Assembly (NCBI GenBank): GCA_043812655.1
Contig: JBDRLW010000039.1
Location: 1 to 40,602, forward strand
Reading direction: 5' to 3'
From: a bacterium
Lineage (GTDB): Bacteria; Margulisbacteria; WOR-1; O2-12-FULL-45-9; XYB2-FULL-48-7
DNA length: 40,602 nt
A model generated the notes under the pieces. The model was given only the letters and a program-made list of their open reading frames with translations. It did not search any database and had not been told where the DNA came from. Shown here piece after piece: positions 33,399-40,602 of this stretch. The position numbers and the translations under genes were made by a program. Numbering within the stretch: the stretch's first letter is position 1; each line of letters opens with the position of its first letter.

Positions 33399-34467
33399 TA
33401 TTTTTTCACCCCTTTTAAGGCCGCTTCAATAAAGGGGTCAAGTTCGCCATCGATCACTTTTTGCACGTCGCCGACTTCAACGCCGGTCCGATGGTCTTTG
33501 ACCATTGTATACGGCTGGAAAACATAGGAGCGGATCTGGCTCCCCCATTCGATCTTCTTCTTTTCGCCCCGCAATTCTTCGATCTTGTCTTTCCGTTGGG
33601 CCAGCATCATCTCGTATAATTTAGCTTTCAAGAGGCGAAGCGCCGTTTCACGGTTGGCATGTTGGGAGCGGTCGCTCTGGCTTTGGGTGACGATCCCCGT
33701 CGGTATATGGGTAATCCTGATGGCCGAACTGACTTTATTAACGTTCTGCCCGCCAGGGCCAGAAGCCCGATAAGTATCAACCCGCAGGTCACTGGGATCA
33801 ATATCAACTTTAACGTCTTCCGTAATTTCGGGGATCACTTCAACTGAAACAAAAGAAGTGTGGCGCTTGCCTTCTGAAGAAAAAGGCGAGATCCGGACCA
33901 AACGATGGATCCCCGCTTCGGTTTTTAAATAGCCATAAGCATAAGGGCCGGACACAACCAGCGTCACGCCTTTTATCCCGTTTCCTTCACCGTAGGATAG
34001 TTCAGGCATATCAACACTAAAGCCTTTACTTTCAGCCCACCGGGTATACATTCGTAAAAGGATCTGCGCCCAATCTTGGGCGTCGGCGCCACCAGCCCCA
34101 GCATTGATCGCCACGATCGCGTTGTTCTGGTCGTATTCGCCGCCTAACAGGGTCGCAAGTTCTAGGGTCTCTAATTTTTTTTTGAGTTCGCTAACTTCAG
34201 CGGCTAAAGAATTCAGGTCGCTCTCTCCGGCCATTTCTACCAAGGCGGAAACATCTTCCACTCCCGCTTTGAGGGCGGCCCAAATTTCCAGCTCTTTATC
34301 TAAATTCTTCTTTTCTTGCAGGAGCCGTTTGGCTTTTTCTTGGTTTTCCCAAAGTTTTGGGTCCGCGACTTCATTTTCCAATTCTTCCAGACGTTTCTGT
34401 TTACCCGGAACATCAAGGAGATTTCCGACCTCCCGACTCCGAACTCCAAGCTCCGTTACTTCTCCCC

Positions 34468-34486
<19 letters not shown>
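33398..34486 (-). CDS. prfB: Peptide chain release factor 2, with no programmed frameshift
   Basis: SPF motif (RISPF), GGQ (SGPGGQNVN), WGSQIRSY; single continuous ORF. Confidence 0.95.
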
Positions 34487-36849
<2,363 letters not shown>

Positions 36850-36855
36850 ATCCGC

Positions 36856-37218
36856 TTAAAGCTCTTGAGGAATTTCTCTTGACAGTTGTTTTAATTTTTT
36901 GGCTTCCCTGATCTTTTCGTGGCCAAGTTTTTCTTTATGCTTTTCCACCTGGCGCTTGGCTTCTTCCAGCGTCAAGTCAAAAGCCGCGTACATGTCTTTG
37001 CCCGCCTGTTTGGCCTGGATCATTTTCTTGCCGGCCATCCACGCCCTTATTTCCACGACTTGCCGCAGGTCAACATTAGCGTTGGAGGTCGCGTCAAGCA
37101 CTATTTCCGCTTTTTGGATATTGTTAAAAAACTCCTCCAGCTTGGTGATCTTTTTCTGGACATATTCCTTAAGCGCCGGGGTCACTTCGAGGCCATGGCC
37201 GGTAATTTGTATTTGCAT
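36856..37218 (-). CDS. hpf: Ribosome hibernation promoting factor / RaiA (short form)
   Basis: MQIQITGHGLEVTPALKEYVQKK...DMYAAFD; classic comF-hpf-secA-prfB order. Confidence 0.88.
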   Translation of the reverse strand: MQIQITGHGLEVTPALKEYVQKKITKLEEFFNNIQKAEIVLDATSNANVDLRQVVEIRAWMAGKKMIQAKQAGKDMYAAFDLTLEEAKRQVEKHKEKLGHEKIREAKKLKQLSREIPQEL

Positions 37219-37253
37219 CTTCTTTCCCTCCTAATTAAGTTATTTTAGCAGAA

Positions 37254-37880
37254 TTAAACCGCCCGCGCCAGCGTCAAGACCTCAACCCGTTTGGCCCCGG
37301 CATTTTTTAAGACCCGGCCGCATTCGCTAATGGTCGCGCCGGTCGTGTAAATATCATCGAGCAATAAAACTTTTTTATTATAAACCGCTTTGGGATTGAT
37401 CACCCTAAATGCCCCTTTTACATTATTAAGTCGGGCATCCCTCTGCAGGTCAAATTGCGGATGGGTGTTTTTTAATCTTTCCAACGCCGGAGTAACCGGC
37501 AATTCAAAATACTTGGTCAAGGTGCTCGCTAAAAGTTCAACTTGGTTAAAACCCCGCTCCCTCATTCTTTTTTCATGAAGAGGGACCGGGATGATCCCAT
37601 CAAGCTCATCTATTTTTAAACCAGGCTTATGGCCTAAGTAATTGACCAATAATACCCCAAGCGGTTCCGCCAATTTTTTCCGTTTATTGAACTTGAACCG
37701 ATGGATCGATTCTTTAATGACCCCATCATAAGCCGTGGCTGAATAGATCCCTAAGTTCGGCTTCATGAACTTGATCTGGGAAAAACATTCCCCGCAAAGC
37801 GCCTCGGGGCTACCCCGCCGGCAAACCTCGCACTTTGGCGGGAAAATTAAGTTCAATAATTCATCAAATATGTTCATCAC
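37254..37880 (-). CDS. comF: ComF family phosphoribosyltransferase-like protein with an N-terminal Zn ribbon
   Basis: FPPKCEVC..LCGEC, PVPLH..R..ERGFNQ, LLLDDIYTTGAT. Confidence 0.9.
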   Translation of the reverse strand: MMNIFDELLNLIFPPKCEVCRRGSPEALCGECFSQIKFMKPNLGIYSATAYDGVIKESIHRFKFNKRKKLAEPLGVLLVNYLGHKPGLKIDELDGIIPVPLHEKRMRERGFNQVELLASTLTKYFELPVTPALERLKNTHPQFDLQRDARLNNVKGAFRVINPKAVYNKKVLLLDDIYTTGATISECGRVLKNAGAKRVEVLTLARAV

Positions 37881-38004
37881 TTGACCCTCACCCCTGGCCC
37901 CTCTCCCAAAGGGAGAGGGGTAGTTTTCACTTTAAACATTGACGAGATCCACCCTCTCCCTCTGGAAGAGGGTCGACCGAAATTTATTTCGGTCGGGGTG
38001 AGAG
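37881..38004. repeat. REP/MITE-like palindromic element, copy B
   Basis: Outer arms near-identical to 31438-31562, with a different central spacer. Confidence 0.8.
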
Positions 38005-38022
38005 TTATTAATTCATTCGTCA

Positions 38023-38051
38023 TTGCCCAAGATTATAACATATGATATCAT
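38023..38051 (+). promoter_or_regulatory. Sigma-70-like promoter for the AlbA-tpiA-fba-pfk unit
   Basis: TTGCCC-N17-TATCAT with TG extension; an opposite-strand TGTTATAAT (38040-38032) could drive comF. Confidence 0.5.
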
Positions 38052-38061
38052 TCCCTCTAGT

Positions 38062-38691
38062 ATGAGTTGGGATGTAATTTTAGAACTATTGGAACAAGGC
38101 GAAGGCCAATCGGTTGAATTTGAAAAGAATATCCCCGCGGAAGACGACATCGCCAGAGAAATGGTCTCTTTTTCCAATGCTGACGGCGGCCGGATAATTT
38201 ACGGGATCGACGATAAAAGCAAACATTTGATCGGTGTTAAAATTGATGAGAATTTTGAAGATTGGATAAAAAGTATCGGCAAGACCCATTGCGTGCCTGT
38301 CATTACCCCAGTCATTGAATTGATCGCTAAAGGTGATAAAACTTTGGTTGTCATTAATGTTCCAGAAGGGTTAGATAAACCATATAAGTCAGATGAAATT
38401 TGTTATCTGCGCGATGGCAATATCTCCAGGCCAACTAAAGAGAACGAAGAAAAAGATATCACCAACCCCTGGTCAGGCAAAGGCTTGAATAAACGCCAGA
38501 TCCGCGCCCTGCAAATGCTAGCCGAACATCCCGCTATTACCAATCGTGAATATCGGGAGGCCTTTAGCGTCTCCCACAAAACCGCTCACTTAGAGATGAC
38601 AATGCTAGTAGACAAAGGCCTAGTAAAATCTGAAGGGGCTGGCAGGTCAACCTGCTATATTTTAATTCATTCGCCTTCAGGATCAGAATAA
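38062..38691 (+). CDS. Schlafen/AlbA_2 putative DNA-binding domain fused to a C-terminal winged HTH
   Basis: GEGQSVEFEK, SFSNADGGRIIYGIDD; LNKRQ...ITNREY.....VS..TA......LV.KG.....GAGRST.Y; ATG 38062 preferred over TTG 38023, which lies in the promoter. Confidence 0.8.
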   Translation: MSWDVILELLEQGEGQSVEFEKNIPAEDDIAREMVSFSNADGGRIIYGIDDKSKHLIGVKIDENFEDWIKSIGKTHCVPVITPVIELIAKGDKTLVVINVPEGLDKPYKSDEICYLRDGNISRPTKENEEKDITNPWSGKGLNKRQIRALQMLAEHPAITNREYREAFSVSHKTAHLEMTMLVDKGLVKSEGAGRSTCYILIHSPSGSE

Positions 38692-38705
38692 GAAAGGGGG
38701 AAAAA

Positions 38706-39455
38706 ATGAGAAAACCATTATTGGCCGGAAATTGGAAAATGAATACGACCTTGACCGAGTCGGTCCAATTGGTGACGGAATTGAACAAGTTGGTTGGCAA
38801 TATTAATGACCGGGATGTATTAGTTTGCCCGCCATTTACCGCCATTAATGAGGTTTCTGTTGCTTTACGCGATTCCAATATCATGGTCGGCGCGCAAAAT
38901 CTTTTTTGGGAAGAGAAAGGAGCCTTTACCGGCGAAATTTCTCCGCAGATGCTCAAATCGGTCGGCTGTACTTATGTGATCATCGGCCACTCCGAACGCC
39001 GCCAATATTTTAGCGAAACAGATGAAACTGTGAACAAACGGTTGAACGCGGCCCTCAAACATAATCTTAAGCCGATCATTTGTGTTGGTGAAACTTTAAC
39101 TGAACGCGAAGCGAATAAAACCCTGAAAGTAATTGAAACCCAAGTTCGCGGCGGCTTGAAAGATCTACCCAAAGAACAAATGGATAAAGTAGTTATCGCT
39201 TACGAACCCGTTTGGGCAATCGGGACTGGGAAGACCGCCACCCCCGAACAAGCCGAAGAAGTCCATGCTTTTATCCGCAAACTAATTTCGGAGATCTTTG
39301 ATAAGACTGTAGCTGATCAAATCAGGATTTTATACGGTGGTTCAATGACCCCAGATAATGTTAAAACATTAATGGGTCAACCCGACATCGACGGCGGTTT
39401 AGTTGGAGGAGCGTCTCTTAAAGCTGATGGTTTTGCTAAGATCGTGAAGTTCTAA
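38706..39455 (+). CDS. tpiA: Triosephosphate isomerase
   Basis: AGNWKMN, GAFTGEIS, IGHSERR, AYEPVWAIGTG, GGLVGGASL. Confidence 0.97.
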   Translation: MRKPLLAGNWKMNTTLTESVQLVTELNKLVGNINDRDVLVCPPFTAINEVSVALRDSNIMVGAQNLFWEEKGAFTGEISPQMLKSVGCTYVIIGHSERRQYFSETDETVNKRLNAALKHNLKPIICVGETLTEREANKTLKVIETQVRGGLKDLPKEQMDKVVIAYEPVWAIGTGKTATPEQAEEVHAFIRKLISEIFDKTVADQIRILYGGSMTPDNVKTLMGQPDIDGGLVGGASLKADGFAKIVKF

Positions 39456-39475
39456 AAAAAGAAAGGAGAAAAAAA

Positions 39476-40456
39476 ATGGCAAAAAGATTGTATGAAGAGT
39501 TAGGGTTGGTTAATACGAAGGCAATGTTTGGGAAAGCAGCGGAGGGGAAGTACGCGATCCCGGCGTACAATTTTAATAATATGGAGCAGCTGCAGGCGAT
39601 CATCGGCGGCTGCGCGGAGAGTAATTCCCCGGTCATTATCCAGGTTTCTTCGGGGGCCAGAAAGTATGCGAACCAGACCCTGCTCCGTTACATGGCCCAG
39701 GGCGCGGTCGAGATGTGCCGCAAGGAATTAAAAAGTAATATCCCGATCTGTCTCCACCTTGACCACGGGGACACTTTTGAGCTTTGTAAATCGTGCGTTG
39801 ATTACGGCTTCTCTTCGGTGATGATCGATGCTTCTCATTTCCCCTATGACGAGAATGTCGCGCTGACCAAAAAGGTCGTTGAATATGCCCACCAATTCGA
39901 CGTCACGGTTGAAGGCGAGCTAGGGGTTTTGGCAGGTATCGAAGATGAGGTTAAAGCGGAAAAACACACTTACACTGATCCGGCGCAGGTCGAAGACTTT
40001 GTCAAAAAGACCGGGGTTGATTCATTGGCGATCTCGATCGGCACCTCTCACGGCGCTTATAAATTTAAAATAAAACCGGGAGAATCGGTCCCCCCGCTCC
40101 GCTTTGATATTTTAGATGAAGTGGCCAAGAGACTGCCTGGGTTCCCGATCGTCCTCCACGGAGCGTCATCAGTTGTTCAAGAATATGTCCAAATGATCAA
40201 TAAGTTTGGCGGCAAGATGGACAATGCCGTTGGCATCCCCGAAGACCAGCTCCGTCGGGCAGCGACTTCATCGGTCCGCAAGATCAATATCGACAGCGAC
40301 GGCCGCCTGGTCGTCACCGCGATCATCAGGAAAGTCTTCGCGGAAAAGCCGTCGGAATTTGACCCAAGAAAGTATTTAGGCCCAGCCAGGGAAGAATTAA
40401 AAAAATTAATTATCGCTAAGAATACGAATGTATTAGGTTCGGCAGGCAAAGGTTAG
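39476..40456 (+). CDS. fba: Class II fructose-bisphosphate aldolase
   Basis: HLDHG, SVMIDAS, VEGELG, GTSHGAYK, VLHGAS, KINIDSD, FDPRKY. Confidence 0.95.
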   Translation: MAKRLYEELGLVNTKAMFGKAAEGKYAIPAYNFNNMEQLQAIIGGCAESNSPVIIQVSSGARKYANQTLLRYMAQGAVEMCRKELKSNIPICLHLDHGDTFELCKSCVDYGFSSVMIDASHFPYDENVALTKKVVEYAHQFDVTVEGELGVLAGIEDEVKAEKHTYTDPAQVEDFVKKTGVDSLAISIGTSHGAYKFKIKPGESVPPLRFDILDEVAKRLPGFPIVLHGASSVVQEYVQMINKFGGKMDNAVGIPEDQLRRAATSSVRKINIDSDGRLVVTAIIRKVFAEKPSEFDPRKYLGPAREELKKLIIAKNTNVLGSAGKG

Positions 40457-40465
40457 TTATTCCTG

Positions 40466-40487
40466 GAAACCGCGACGTTCAGTCGCT
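40466..40487. repeat. Single REP-like hairpin related to the 23148-23214 doublet
   Basis: ggaaaccgcgacgttcagtcgc versus ggaaccgcgacttttagtcgc. Confidence 0.55.
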
Positions 40488-40525
40488 GGCTTCCTGTTTA
40501 AGGAAAGAAAGGGGTTTGAACAAAC

Positions 40526-40602
40526 ATGAAAGTAAACTTCCAGGGTAAAGATATCAATATTAAGAGGATTGGGATTTTAACTGGCGGAGGGGATTGCGCC
40601 GG
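40526..40602 (+). CDS. pfkA: 6-phosphofructokinase, 5' part only
   Basis: MKVNFQGKDINIKRIGILTGGGDCA: N-terminal PFK GGD motif; AAGGGG RBS. Confidence 0.85.
   Translation, partial: MKVNFQGKDINIKRIGILTGGGDCA

Overview
Bacterial chromosomal window from an uncultured-looking diderm lineage. The combination of CsaB, DUF5693, a PorV-like barrel and a T9SS-type C-terminal-domain protein suggests Saganbacteria/Margulisbacteria (WOR-1-like); this assignment is inference only. The right half (18.4-40.6 kb) is housekeeping and cell-envelope: NDP-sugar synthase, rpiB, pdxJ, ispF, YdcF, a geranylgeranyl reductase-like gene, sugar transferase, O-antigen ligase-TPR, GT4, gmd, csaB, DUF5693, prfB, secA, hpf, comF, AlbA_2-HTH, tpiA, fba and the start of pfkA. 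The left half (1-18.4 kb) is a minus-strand block of about 19 genes, almost all without recognisable homologues. It is punctuated by eight copies of one motif, YGCAAG-N15-NNCGA(T/C)(A/T)(A/T), with invariant spacing; this has the geometry of a sigma-28 (FliA/SigD) promoter with a variant -35. The block includes a 1726-aa protein built from five tandem coiled-coil plus hydrophobic-segment units (HxxMTG signature), two or three small paralogous helical-hairpin proteins with needle/rod- or WXG100-like features, and an 802-aa protein behind a candidate attenuator or riboswitch leader. Together these look like an undescribed, co-regulated set of type III-like export substrates. The window also carries several REP/MITE-like palindromic families and heptamer repeats, some inside coding sequences (prfB, pdxJ, the PorV-like signal peptide). 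No rRNA, tRNA, CRISPR array, transposase or reverse transcriptase was seen.
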